Part shown: positions 51,001 to 64,000 of the stretch, piece by piece
Position numbering within the stretch: position 1 is the first letter of the stretch
How the letters are laid out: each line of letters opens with the position of its first letter
DNA from: the human T2T-CHM13v2.0 reference genome, Homo sapiens
Reading direction: 5' to 3' (one strand)
Length of the DNA: 64,000 nt
NCBI RefSeq assembly: GCF_009914755.1
Contig: NC_060939.1
Position numbers and translations under genes: made by a program
Notes under the pieces: generated by a model
The model's input: the letters and a program-made list of their open reading frames with translations, nothing else
Told to the model about the DNA's origin: nothing
The model's database searches: none

Positions 51001-54000
51001 ATCACAAATAAGTTTCTGAGAATGCTTCTGTCTAGTTCTTATTTGAAGACATTTCCTTTCTCACCTTAGGCCTGAAAACGCTCGAAATATCCACTTCCAG
51101 ATACGACAGAAACAGTGATTCAAACCTGCTCTATGAAAGGGAATGTTCAACTAGGTGACTTGAATGCAAACATCACAAAGCAGTTTCTGAGAATGCTGCT
51201 GTCTACTTTCTATTTGTAATCCCGTTTCCAACGAAATCCTCAGAACTATCGAAATTTCCAATTGCAGATTCCACAAAAAGCGTGTTTCAAAGCTGCTCTG
51301 TAAAAAGAAAGGTTCAACTCTGTTAGTTGAATACACACGTCACAAACAAGTTTCTGAGAATGCTTCTGTCTAGTTTTTATGGGAAGATATTTCCTTTTTC
51401 ACCGTAGGCCTCAAAGCGCTCCAAATGTCCACTTCCACATACTACAAAAAGAGTGTTTCAAACCTGCTCTATGATAGGGAATGTTGAAACCTATGAGTTG
51501 AATGCAAGCATTACAAAGAGGTTTCTGAGAATGCTTCTGTCTAGATTTTATATGTAGATATTCCCGTTTCCAACGAAATCCTCAAAGCTATCCAAATATC
51601 AACTTGCAGATTCTACAAAAGGAATGTTTCCAAAATGCTGTATCCAAACAAAGGTTCAACTCTGTGAATTGAGGGCATACATCACAAAGAAGATTCTGAG
51701 AATGCTTCTGTCTAGATTTTATATGAAAATATTCCCGTTTCCAACGAAATCCTCAAAGCTATCCAAATATCCACTTGCAAATGCCACAAAAAGAGTGTTT
51801 CCAAACTGCTCTGTGAAAAGGAAGGTTCAACTCTGTTAGTTGAGTACACACATCACAAAGAGGTTTCTGAGAATGCTGCTGACTAGTTTTTATTTGAAGA
51901 TATTTCCCTTTTCACCTTAGGCCTAAGAGTGCTCGAAATGTCCATTTCCACATACTCCACAAAGTGTGTTTCAAACGTGCTGTATGAAAGGGAATGTTCA
52001 ACTCTATGAGTTGAATGCAAACATCACAAAGAAGACTCTGAGAATGCTTTTGTCTAGATTTTATATGAAGATATTCCCGTGTCCAACGAAATTTTCAAAG
52101 GTCTCCAAATATCCATTTGTAGATTCTACAAAAAGAGTGTTTCCAAACTGCTGTATCAAAACAAAGGTTGAACTCTGTGAGTTGAGGACACACATCACAA
52201 ATAAGTTTCTGAGAATGCTTCTGTCTAGTTTTTATTTGAAGATGTTTCCTTTTTCACCATAGGCCTGAAAGCGCTCGAAATGTCCACTTCCAGATAGTAC
52301 AGAAAGAGTGTTTCAAACCTGCTCTATGAACGGGAATGTTCAGCTCTGTGAGTTGAATGCAAACATCACAAAGCAGGTTCTGAGAATGCTTCCGTCTAGA
52401 TTTTAAATGAGGATATTCCCGTTTCCAACGAAATCCTCGAAGCTATCCAAATATCCACTTGCAGATTCCACAAAAAGAGTGTTTCAAAACTGCTCTGTCA
52501 AAAGATAGGTTCAACTCTGTTAGTTGAGTACACACATGGCAAACAAGATTGCGAGAATGCTTTCGTCTAGTTTTTTTGGGAAGATATTTCCTTCTTCACC
52601 ATAGGCCTCAAAGCGCTCCAAATATCCATTTCCACATGCTATACAAAGAGTGTCTCAAACCTGCTGTATGAATGGGAATGTTCAACTCTATGAGTTGAAT
52701 GCAAACATCACAAAGAAGTTTCTGAGAATGCTGCTGTCTAGATTTTATATGAAGGTTTTCCCGCTTCCAACGAAATTTTCAATGCTCTCAAAATATCCTC
52801 TTGTAGATTCTACAAAAAGAGTGTTTCCAAACTGCTGTATCAAAACAAAGGTTCATCTCTGTTAGTTGAGGACACACATCACAAATAAGTTTCTGAGAAT
52901 GCTTCTGTCTAGTTCTTATTTGAAGACATTTCCTTTCTCACCTTAGGCCTGAAAGCGCTCGAAATACCCACTTCCAGATACTACAGAAACAGTGATTCAA
53001 ACCTGCTCTATGAAAGGGAATGTTCAACTAGGTGACTTGAATGCAAACATCACAAAGCAGTTTCTGAGAATGCTGCTGTCTACTTTCTATTTGTAATCCC
53101 GTTTCCAACGAAATCCTCAGAACTATCGAAATTTCCAATTGCAGATTCCACAGAAACAGGGTTTCAAAGCTGCTCTGTAAAAAGAAAGGTTCAACTCTGT
53201 TAGTTGAATACACACGTCACAAACAAGTTTCTGAGAATGCTTCTGTCTAGTTTTTATGGGAAGATATTTCCTTTTTCACCGTAGGCCTCAAAGCGCTCCA
53301 AATGTCCACGTCCACATACTACAAAAAGAGTGTTTCAAACCTGCTGTATGAAAGGGAATGTTCAACTCTATGAGTTGAATGCAAACATTACAAAGAAGTT
53401 TCTGAGAATGCTTCTGTCTAGATTTTATATGAAGGTTTTCCCGTTTCCAACGAAATTTTCAATGCTCTCAAAATATCCACTTGTAGATTCTACAAAAAGA
53501 GTGTTTCCAAACTGCTGTGTCAAAAGAAAGGTTCAACTCTGTTAGTTGAGGACACACATCACAAATAAGTTTCTGAGAATGCTTCTGTCTAGTTCTTATT
53601 TGAAGACATTTCCTTTCTCACCTTAGGCCTGAAAACGCTCGAAATATCCACTTCCAGATACGACAGAAACAGTGATTCAAACCTGCTCTATGAAAGGGAA
53701 TGTTCAACTAGGTGACTTGAATGCAAACATCACAAAGCAGTTTCTGAGAATGCTGCTGTCTACTTTCTATTTGTAATCCCGTTTCCAACGAAATCCTCAG
53801 AACTATCGAAATTTCCAATTGCAGATTCCACAAAAAGCGTGTTTCAAAGCTGCTCTGTAAAAAGAAAGGTTCAACTCTGTTAGTTGAATACACACGTCAC
53901 AAACAAGTTTCTGAGAATGCTTCTGTCTAGTTTTTATGGGAAGATATTTCCTTTTTCACCGTAGGCCTCAAAGCGCTCCAAATGTCCACTTCCACATACT

Positions 54001-57000
54001 ACAAAAAGAGTGTTTCAAACCTGCTCTATGATAGGGAATGTTGAAACCTATGAGTTGAATGCAAGCATTACAAAGAGGTTTCTGAGAATGCTTCTGTCTA
54101 GATTTTATATGTAGATATTCCCGTTTCCAACGAAATCCTCAAAGCTATCCAAATATCAACTTGCAGATTCTACAAAAGGAATGTTTCCAAAATGCTGTAT
54201 CCAAACAAAGGTTCAACTCTGTGAATTGAGGGCATACATCACAAAGAAGATTCTGAGAATGCTTCTGTCTAGATTTTATATGAAAATATTCCCGTTTCCA
54301 ACGAAATCCTCAAAGCTATCCAAATATCCACTTGCAAATGCCACAAAAAGAGTGTTTCCAAACTGCTCTGTGAAAAGGAAGGTTCAACTCTGTTAGTTGA
54401 GTACACACATCACAAAGAGGTTTCTGAGAATGCTGCTGACTAGTTTTTATTTGAAGATATTTCCCTTTTCACCTTAGGCCTAAGAGTGCTCGAAATGTCC
54501 ATTTCCACATACTCCACAAAGTGTGTTTCAAACGTGCTGTATGAAAGGGAATGTTCAACTCTATGAGTTGAATGCAAACATCACAAAGAAGACTCTGAGA
54601 ATGCTTTTGTCTAGATTTTATATGAAGATATTCCCGTGTCCAACGAAATTTTCAAAGGTCTCCAAATATCCATTTGTAGATTCTACAAAAAGAGTGTTTC
54701 CAAACTGCTGTATCAAAACAAAGGTTGAACTCTGTGAGTTGAGGACACACATCACAAATAAGTTTCTGAGAATGCTTCTGTCTAGTTTTTATTTGAAGAT
54801 GTTTCCTTTTTCACCATAGGCCTGAAAGCGCTCGAAATGTCCACTTCCAGATAGTACAGAAAGAGTGTTTCAAACCTGCTCTATGAACGGGAATGTTCAG
54901 CTCTGTGAGTTGAATGCAAACATCACAAAGCAGGTTCCGAGAATGCTTCCGTCTAGATTTTAAATGAGGATATTCCCGTTTCCAACGAAATCCTCGAAGC
55001 TATCCAAATATCCACTTGCAGATTCCACAAAAAGAGTGTTTCAAAACTGCTCTGTCAAAAGATAGGTTCAACTCTGTTAGTTGAGTACACACATGGCAAA
55101 CAAGATTGCGAGAATGCTTTCGTCTAGTTTTTTTGGGAAGATATTTCCTTCTTCACCATAGGCCTCAAAGCGCTCCAAATATCCATTTCCACATGCTATA
55201 CAAAGAGTGTCTCAAACCTGCTGTATGAATGGGAATGTTCAACTCTATGAGTTGAATGCAAACATCACAAAGAAGTTTCTGAGAATGCTGCTGTCTAGAT
55301 TTTATATGAAGGTTTTCCCGCTTCCAACGAAATTTTCAATGCTCTCAAAATATCCTCTTGTAGATTCTACAAAAAGAGTGTTTCCAAACTGCTGTATCAA
55401 AACAAAGGTTCATCTCTGTTAGTTGAGGACACACATCACAAATAAGTTTCTGAGAATGCTTCTGTCTAGTTCTTATTTGAAGACATTTCCTTTCTCACCT
55501 TAGGCCTGAAAGCGCTCGAAATACCCACTTCCAGATACTACAGAAACAGTGATTCAAACCTGCTCTATGAAAGGGAATGTTCAACTAGGTGACTTGAATG
55601 CAAACATCACAAAGCAGTTTCTGAGAATGCTGCTGTCTACTTTCTATTTGTAATCCCGTTTCCAACGAAATCCTCAGAACTATCGAAATTTCCAATTGCA
55701 GATTCCACAGAAACAGGGTTTCAAAGCTGCTCTGTAAAAAGAAAGGTTCAACTCTGTTAGTTGAATACACACGTCACAAACAAGTTTCTGAGAATGCTTC
55801 TGTCTAGTTTTTATGGGAAGATATTTCCTTTTTCACCGTAGGCCTCAAAGCGCTCCAAATGTCCACGTCCACATACTACAAAAAGAGTGTTTCAAACCTG
55901 CTGTATGAAAGGGAATGTTCAACTCTATGAGTTGAATGCAAACATTACAAAGAAGTTTCTGAGAATGCTTCTGTCTAGATTTTATATGAAGGTTTTCCCG
56001 TTTCCAACGAAATTTTCAATGCTCTCAAAATATCCACTTGTAGATTCTACAAAAAGAGTGTTTCCAAACTGCTGTGTCAAAAGAAAGGTTCAACTCTGTT
56101 AGTTGAGGACACACATCACAAATAAGTTTCTGAGAATGCTTCTGTCTAGTTCTTATTTGAAGACATTTCCTTTCTCACCTTAGGCCTGAAAACGCTCGAA
56201 ATATCCACTTCCAGATACGACAGAAACAGTGATTCAAACCTGCTCTATGAAAGGGAATGTTCAACTAGGTGACTTGAATGCAAACATCACAAAGCAGTTT
56301 CTGAGAATGCTGCTGTCTACTTTCTATTTGTAATCCCGTTTCCAACGAAATCCTCAGAACTATCGAAATTTCCAATTGCAGATTCCACAAAAAGCGTGTT
56401 TCAAAGCTGCTCTGTAAAAAGAAAGGTTCAACTCTGTTAGTTGAATACACACGTCACAAACAAGTTTCTGAGAATGCTTCTGTCTAGTTTTTATGGGAAG
56501 ATATTTCCTTTTTCACCGTAGGCCTCAAAGCGCTCCAAATGTCCACTTCCACATACTACAAAAAGAGTGTTTCAAACCTGCTCTATGATAGGGAATGTTG
56601 AAACCTATGAGTTGAATGCAAGCATTACAAAGAGGTTTCTGAGAATGCTTCTGTCTAGATTTTATATGTAGATATTCCCGTTTCCAACGAAATCCTCAAA
56701 GCTATCCAAATATCAACTTGCAGATTCTACAAAAGGAATGTTTCCAAAATGCTGTATCCAAACAAAGGTTCAACTCTGTGAATTGAGGGCATACATCACA
56801 AAGAAGATTCTGAGAATGCTTCTGTCTAGATTTTATATGAAAATATTCCCGTTTCCAACGAAATCCTCAAAGCTATCCAAATATCCACTTGCAAATGCCA
56901 CAAAAAGAGTGTTTCCAAACTGCTCTGTGAAAAGGAAGGTTCAACTCTGTTAGTTGAGTACACACATCACAAAGAGGTTTCTGAGAATGCTGCTGACTAG

Positions 57001-60000
57001 TTTTTATTTGAAGATATTTCCCTTTTCACCTTAGGCCTAAGAGTGCTCGAAATGTCCATTTCCACATACTCCACAAAGTGTGTTTCAAACGTGCTGTATG
57101 AAAGGGAATGTTCAACTCTATGAGTTGAATGCAAACATCACAAAGAAGACTCTGAGAATGCTTTTGTCTAGATTTTATATGAAGATATTCCCGTGTCCAA
57201 CGAAATTTTCAAAGGTCTCCAAATATCCATTTGTAGATTCTACAAAAAGAGTGTTTCCAAACTGCTGTATCAAAACAAAGGTTGAACTCTGTGAGTTGAG
57301 GACACACATCACAAATAAGTTTCTGAGAATGCTTCTGTCTAGTTTTTATTTGAAGATGTTTCCTTTTTCACCATAGGCCTGAAAGCGCTCGAAATGTCCA
57401 CTTCCAGATAGTACAGAAAGAGTGTTTCAAACCTGCTCTATGAACGGGAATGTTCAGCTCTGTGAGTTGAATGCAAACATCACAAAGCAGGTTCCGAGAA
57501 TGCTTCCGTCTAGATTTTAAATGAGGATATTCCCGTTTCCAACGAAATCCTCGAAGCTATCCAAATATCCACTTGCAGATTCCACAAAAAGAGTGTTTCA
57601 AAACTGCTCTGTCAAAAGATAGGTTCAACTCTGTTAGTTGAGTACACACATGGCAAACAAGATTGCGAGAATGCTTTCGTCTAGTTTTTTTGGGAAGATA
57701 TTTCCTTCTTCACCATAGGCCTCAAAGCGCTCCAAATATCCATTTCCACATGCTATACAAAGAGTGTCTCAAACCTGCTGTATGAATGGGAATGTTCAAC
57801 TCTATGAGTTGAATGCAAACATCACAAAGAAGTTTCTGAGAATGCTGCTGTCTAGATTTTATATGAAGGTTTTCCCGCTTCCAACGAAATTTTCAATGCT
57901 CTCAAAATATCCTCTTGTAGATTCTACAAAAAGAGTGTTTCCAAACTGCTGTATCAAAACAAAGGTTCATCTCTGTTAGTTGAGGACACACATCACAAAT
58001 AAGTTTCTGAGAATGCTTCTGTCTAGTTCTTATTTGAAGACATTTCCTTTCTCACCTTAGGCCTGAAAGCGCTCGAAATACCCACTTCCAGATACTACAG
58101 AAACAGTGATTCAAACCTGCTCTATGAAAGGGAATGTTCAACTAGGTGACTTGAATGCAAACATCACAAAGCAGTTTCTGAGAATGCTGCTGTCTACTTT
58201 CTATTTGTAATCCCGTTTCCAACGAAATCCTCAGAACTATCGAAATTTCCAATTGCAGATTCCACAGAAACAGGGTTTCAAAGCTGCTCTGTAAAAAGAA
58301 AGGTTCAACTCTGTTAGTTGAATACACACGTCACAAACAAGTTTCTGAGAATGCTTCTGTCTAGTTTTTATGGGAAGATATTTCCTTTTTCACCGTAGGC
58401 CTCAAAGCGCTCCAAATGTCCACGTCCACATACTACAAAAAGAGTGTTTCAAACCTGCTGTATGAAAGGGAATGTTCAACTCTATGAGTTGAATGCAAAC
58501 ATTACAAAGAAGTTTCTGAGAATGCTTCTGTCTAGATTTTATATGAAGGTTTTCCCGTTTCCAACGAAATTTTCAATGCTCTCAAAATATCCACTTGTAG
58601 ATTCTACAAAAAGAGTGTTTCCAAACTGCTGTGTCAAAAGAAAGGTTCAACTCTGTTAGTTGAGGACACACATCACAAATAAGTTTCTGAGAATGCTTCT
58701 GTCTAGTTCTTATTTGAAGACATTTCCTTTCTCACCTTAGGCCTGAAAACGCTCGAAATATCCACTTCCAGATACGACAGAAACAGTGATTCAAACCTGC
58801 TCTATGAAAGGGAATGTTCAACTAGGTGACTTGAATGCAAACATCACAAAGCAGTTTCTGAGAATGCTGCTGTCTACTTTCTATTTGTAATCCCGTTTCC
58901 AACGAAATCCTCAGAACTATCGAAATTTCCAATTGCAGATTCCACAAAAAGCGTGTTTCAAAGCTGCTCTGTAAAAAGAAAGGTTCAACTCTGTTAGTTG
59001 AATACACACGTCACAAACAAGTTTCTGAGAATGCTTCTGTCTAGTTTTTATGGGAAGATATTTCCTTTTTCACCGTAGGCCTCAAAGCGCTCCAAATGTC
59101 CACTTCCACATACTACAAAAAGAGTGTTTCAAACCTGCTCTATGATAGGGAATGTTGAAACCTATGAGTTGAATGCAAGCATTACAAAGAGGTTTCTGAG
59201 AATGCTTCTGTCTAGATTTTATATGTAGATATTCCCGTTTCCAACGAAATCCTCAAAGCTATCCAAATATCAACTTGCAGATTCTACAAAAGGAATGTTT
59301 CCAAAATGCTGTATCCAAACAAAGGTTCAACTCTGTGAATTGAGGGCATACATCACAAAGAAGATTCTGAGAATGCTTCTGTCTAGATTTTATATGAAAA
59401 TATTCCCGTTTCCAACGAAATCCTCAAAGCTATCCAAATATCCACTTGCAAATGCCACAAAAAGAGTGTTTCCAAACTGCTCTGTGAAAAGGAAGGTTCA
59501 ACTCTGTTAGTTGAGTACACACATCACAAAGAGGTTTCTGAGAATGCTGCTGACTAGTTTTTATTTGAAGATATTTCCCTTTTCACCTTAGGCCTAAGAG
59601 TGCTCGAAATGTCCATTTCCACATACTCCACAAAGTGTGTTTCAAACGTGCTGTATGAAAGGGAATGTTCAACTCTATGAGTTGAATGCAAACATCACAA
59701 AGAAGACTCTGAGAATGCTTTTGTCTAGATTTTATATGAAGATATTCCCGTGTCCAACGAAATTTTCAAAGGTCTCCAAATATCCATTTGTAGATTCTAC
59801 AAAAAGAGTGTTTCCAAACTGCTGTATCAAAACAAAGGTTGAACTCTGTGAGTTGAGGACACACATCACAAATAAGTTTCTGAGAATGCTTCTGTCTAGT
59901 TTTTATTTGAAGATGTTTCCTTTTTCACCATAGGCCTGAAAGCGCTCGAAATGTCCACTTCCAGATAGTACAGAAAGAGTGTTTCAAACCTGCTCTATGA

Positions 60001-63000
60001 ACGGGAATGTTCAGCTCTGTGAGTTGAATGCAAACATCACAAAGCAGGTTCCGAGAATGCTTCCGTCTAGATTTTAAATGAGGATATTCCCGTTTCCAAC
60101 GAAATCCTCGAAGCTATCCAAATATCCACTTGCAGATTCCACAAAAAGAGTGTTTCAAAACTGCTCTGTCAAAAGATAGGTTCAACTCTGTTAGTTGAGT
60201 ACACACATGGCAAACAAGATTGCGAGAATGCTTTCGTCTAGTTTTTTTGGGAAGATATTTCCTTCTTCACCATAGGCCTCAAAGCGCTCCAAATATCCAT
60301 TTCCACATGCTATACAAAGAGTGTCTCAAACCTGCTGTATGAATGGGAATGTTCAACTCTATGAGTTGAATGCAAACATCACAAAGAAGTTTCTGAGAAT
60401 GCTGCTGTCTAGATTTTATATGAAGGTTTTCCCGCTTCCAACGAAATTTTCAATGCTCTCAAAATATCCTCTTGTAGATTCTACAAAAAGAGTGTTTCCA
60501 AACTGCTGTATCAAAACAAAGGTTCATCTCTGTTAGTTGAGGACACACATCACAAATAAGTTTCTGAGAATGCTTCTGTCTAGTTCTTATTTGAAGACAT
60601 TTCCTTTCTCACCTTAGGCCTGAAAGCGCTCGAAATACCCACTTCCAGATACTACAGAAACAGTGATTCAAACCTGCTCTATGAAAGGGAATGTTCAACT
60701 AGGTGACTTGAATGCAAACATCACAAAGCAGTTTCTGAGAATGCTGCTGTCTACTTTCTATTTGTAATCCCGTTTCCAACGAAATCCTCAGAACTATCGA
60801 AATTTCCAATTGCAGATTCCACAGAAACAGGGTTTCAAAGCTGCTCTGTAAAAAGAAAGGTTCAACTCTGTTAGTTGAATACACACGTCACAAACAAGTT
60901 TCTGAGAATGCTTCTGTCTAGTTTTTATGGGAAGATATTTCCTTTTTCACCGTAGGCCTCAAAGCGCTCCAAATGTCCACGTCCACATACTACAAAAAGA
61001 GTGTTTCAAACCTGCTGTATGAAAGGGAATGTTCAACTCTATGAGTTGAATGCAAACATTACAAAGAAGTTTCTGAGAATGCTTCTGTCTAGATTTTATA
61101 TGAAGGTTTTCCCGTTTCCAACGAAATTTTCAATGCTCTCAAAATATCCACTTGTAGATTCTACAAAAAGAGTGTTTCCAAACTGCTGTGTCAAAAGAAA
61201 GGTTCAACTCTGTTAGTTGAGGACACACATCACAAATAAGTTTCTGAGAATGCTTCTGTCTAGTTCTTATTTGAAGACATTTCCTTTCTCACCTTAGGCC
61301 TGAAAACGCTCGAAATATCCACTTCCAGATACGACAGAAACAGTGATTCAAACCTGCTCTATGAAAGGGAATGTTCAACTAGGTGACTTGAATGCAAACA
61401 TCACAAAGCAGTTTCTGAGAATGCTGCTGTCTACTTTCTATTTGTAATCCCGTTTCCAACGAAATCCTCAGAACTATCGAAATTTCCAATTGCAGATTCC
61501 ACAAAAAGCGTGTTTCAAAGCTGCTCTGTAAAAAGAAAGGTTCAACTCTGTTAGTTGAATACACACGTCACAAACAAGTTTCTGAGAATGCTTCTGTCTA
61601 GTTTTTATGGGAAGATATTTCCTTTTTCACCGTAGGCCTCAAAGCGCTCCAAATGTCCACTTCCACATACTACAAAAAGAGTGTTTCAAACCTGCTCTAT
61701 GATAGGGAATGTTGAAACCTATGAGTTGAATGCAAGCATTACAAAGAGGTTTCTGAGAATGCTTCTGTCTAGATTTTATATGTAGATATTCCCGTTTCCA
61801 ACGAAATCCTCAAAGCTATCCAAATATCAACTTGCAGATTCTACAAAAGGAATGTTTCCAAAATGCTGTATCCAAACAAAGGTTCAACTCTGTGAATTGA
61901 GGGCATACATCACAAAGAAGATTCTGAGAATGCTTCTGTCTAGATTTTATATGAAAATATTCCCGTTTCCAACGAAATCCTCAAAGCTATCCAAATATCC
62001 ACTTGCAAATGCCACAAAAAGAGTGTTTCCAAACTGCTCTGTGAAAAGGAAGGTTCAACTCTGTTAGTTGAGTACACACATCACAAAGAGGTTTCTGAGA
62101 ATGCTGCTGACTAGTTTTTATTTGAAGATATTTCCCTTTTCACCTTAGGCCTAAGAGTGCTCGAAATGTCCATTTCCACATACTCCACAAAGTGTGTTTC
62201 AAACGTGCTGTATGAAAGGGAATGTTCAACTCTATGAGTTGAATGCAAACATCACAAAGAAGACTCTGAGAATGCTTTTGTCTAGATTTTATATGAAGAT
62301 ATTCCCGTGTCCAACGAAATTTTCAAAGGTCTCCAAATATCCATTTGTAGATTCTACAAAAAGAGTGTTTCCAAACTGCTGTATCAAAACAAAGGTTGAA
62401 CTCTGTGAGTTGAGGACACACATCACAAATAAGTTTCTGAGAATGCTTCTGTCTAGTTTTTATTTGAAGATGTTTCCTTTTTCACCATAGGCCTGAAAGC
62501 GCTCGAAATGTCCACTTCCAGATAGTACAGAAAGAGTGTTTCAAACCTGCTCTATGAACGGGAATGTTCAGCTCTGTGAGTTGAATGCAAACATCACAAA
62601 GCAGGTTCTGAGAATGCTTCCGTCTAGATTTTAAATGAGGATATTCCCGTTTCCAACGAAATCCTCGAAGCTATCCAAATATCCACTTGCAGATTCCACA
62701 AAAAGAGTGTTTCAAAACTGCTCTGTCAAAAGATAGGTTCAACTCTGTTAGTTGAGTACACACATGGCAAACAAGATTGCGAGAATGCTTTCGTCTAGTT
62801 TTTTTGGGAAGATATTTCCTTCTTCACCATAGGCCTCAAAGCGCTCCAAATATCCATTTCCACATGCTATACAAAGAGTGTCTCAAACCTGCTGTATGAA
62901 TGGGAATGTTCAACTCTATGAGTTGAATGCAAACATCACAAAGAAGTTTCTGAGAATGCTGCTGTCTAGATTTTATATGAAGGTTTTCCCGCTTCCAACG

Positions 63001-63245
63001 AAATTTTCAATGCTCTCAAAATATCCTCTTGTAGATTCTACAAAAAGAGTGTTTCCAAACTGCTGTATCAAAACAAAGGTTCATCTCTGTTAGTTGAGGA
63101 CACACATCACAAATAAGTTTCTGAGAATGCTTCTGTCTAGTTCTTATTTGAAGACATTTCCTTTCTCACCTTAGGCCTGAAAGCGCTCGAAATACCCACT
63201 TCCAGATACTACAGAAACAGTGATTCAAACCTGCTCTATGAAAGG

Positions 63246-64000
63246 GAATGTTCAACTAGGTGACTTGAATGCAAACATCACAAAGCAGTTTCTGAGAATG
63301 CTGCTGTCTACTTTCTATTTGTAATCCCGTTTCCAACGAAATCCTCAGAACTATCGAAATTTCCAATTGCAGATTCCACAGAAACAGGGTTTCAAAGCTG
63401 CTCTGTAAAAAGAAAGGTTCAACTCTGTTAGTTGAATACACACGTCACAAACAAGTTTCTGAGAATGCTTCTGTCTAGTTTTTATGGGAAGATATTTCCT
63501 TTTTCACCGTAGGCCTCAAAGCGCTCCAAATGTCCACGTCCACATACTACAAAAAGAGTGTTTCAAACCTGCTGTATGAAAGGGAATGTTCAACTCTATG
63601 AGTTGAATGCAAACATTACAAAGAAGTTTCTGAGAATGCTTCTGTCTAGATTTTATATGAAGGTTTTCCCGTTTCCAACGAAATTTTCAATGCTCTCAAA
63701 ATATCCACTTGTAGATTCTACAAAAAGAGTGTTTCCAAACTGCTGTGTCAAAAGAAAGGTTCAACTCTGTTAGTTGAGGACACACATCACAAATAAGTTT
63801 CTGAGAATGCTTCTGTCTAGTTCTTATTTGAAGACATTTCCTTTCTCACCTTAGGCCTGAAAACGCTCGAAATATCCACTTCCAGATACGACAGAAACAG
63901 TGATTCAAACCTGCTCTATGAAAGGGAATGTTCAACTAGGTGACTTGAATGCAAACATCACAAAGCAGTTTCTGAGAATGCTGCTGTCTACTTTCTATTT
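63246..64000. repeat. Partial HOR unit, truncated by window end
   Basis: Matches positions 1-755 of the reference unit. Confidence 0.95.

Larger units (their letters stand above)
1..64000. repeat. Centromeric alpha-satellite HOR array, dimeric (SF2-like), dominant 15-mer of 2557 bp; tentatively human chr15 D15Z3-like
   Basis: ~171-bp monomers with typical alphoid motifs (TTTCTGAGAATGCTTCTGTCTAG, GTTCAACTCTGTGAGTTGAATGCAAACATCACAAAG). Identical ORF sets recur every 2557 bp (11, 2568, 5125...). CENP-B and pJalpha boxes alternate. The alpha-satellite call is near certain; the chromosome/locus assignment is recall-based (about 0.6). Confidence 0.99.

Noticed and set aside
11-63773. Recurrent 61-98 aa ORFs on both strands
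   Set aside because: 171 is divisible by 3, so alphoid monomers yield repeated spurious frames. Many start at GTG/TTG, have no recognisable domain and simply track HOR periodicity.
1-64000. CRISPR-like array (conserved motifs separated by variable sequence)
   Set aside because: The intervening sequences are homologous parts of 171-bp monomers, not unique spacers. No cas genes or leader.
1-64000. Transposon insertions (L1/Alu), inversions, or non-alphoid sequence
   Set aside because: Every unit-length deviation is accounted for (-4, -680, -338, +342). CENP-B boxes and ORF orientations stay the same throughout; no poly(A) tails or target-site duplications.
1-64000. A previously undescribed protein-based or mobile biological system
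   Set aside because: Nothing in the window departs from alpha satellite. Any novelty is limited to specific HOR variants and their arrangement, which I cannot check against databases.

Overview
The whole 64 kb is one uninterrupted, single-orientation primate (most likely human) centromeric alpha-satellite higher-order repeat (HOR) array. It is built from ~171-bp monomers, with CENP-B-box monomers alternating with pJalpha-box monomers as in dimeric suprachromosomal family 2. The dominant HOR is a 2557-bp 15-mer, equal to an 1877-bp 11-mer plus an internal ~680-bp tetramer duplication. This organisation resembles human chr15 D15Z3 (S2C15H1L); that assignment is from recall and was not checked by search. 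Taking position 1 as an arbitrary unit start, there are 25 complete units plus a partial one: 22 15-mers (one with a 4-bp deletion), one 11-mer (15339-17215), one 13-mer (17216-19434) and one 17-mer (27106-30004) containing a perfect monomer triplication. I see no genes, RNA genes, CRISPR arrays, transposon insertions or inversions. All ORFs in the track are artefacts of the satellite. I did not find a new protein-coding system. The informative signal is the array's recent mutational history: breakpoints inside 28-149 bp identity tracts, an island of rare variants at 15.3-20.5 kb, a three-unit SNV clade, and a CpG/TpG polymorphism that assorts independently of the other markers. SNVs were found by eye, so the list may be incomplete.
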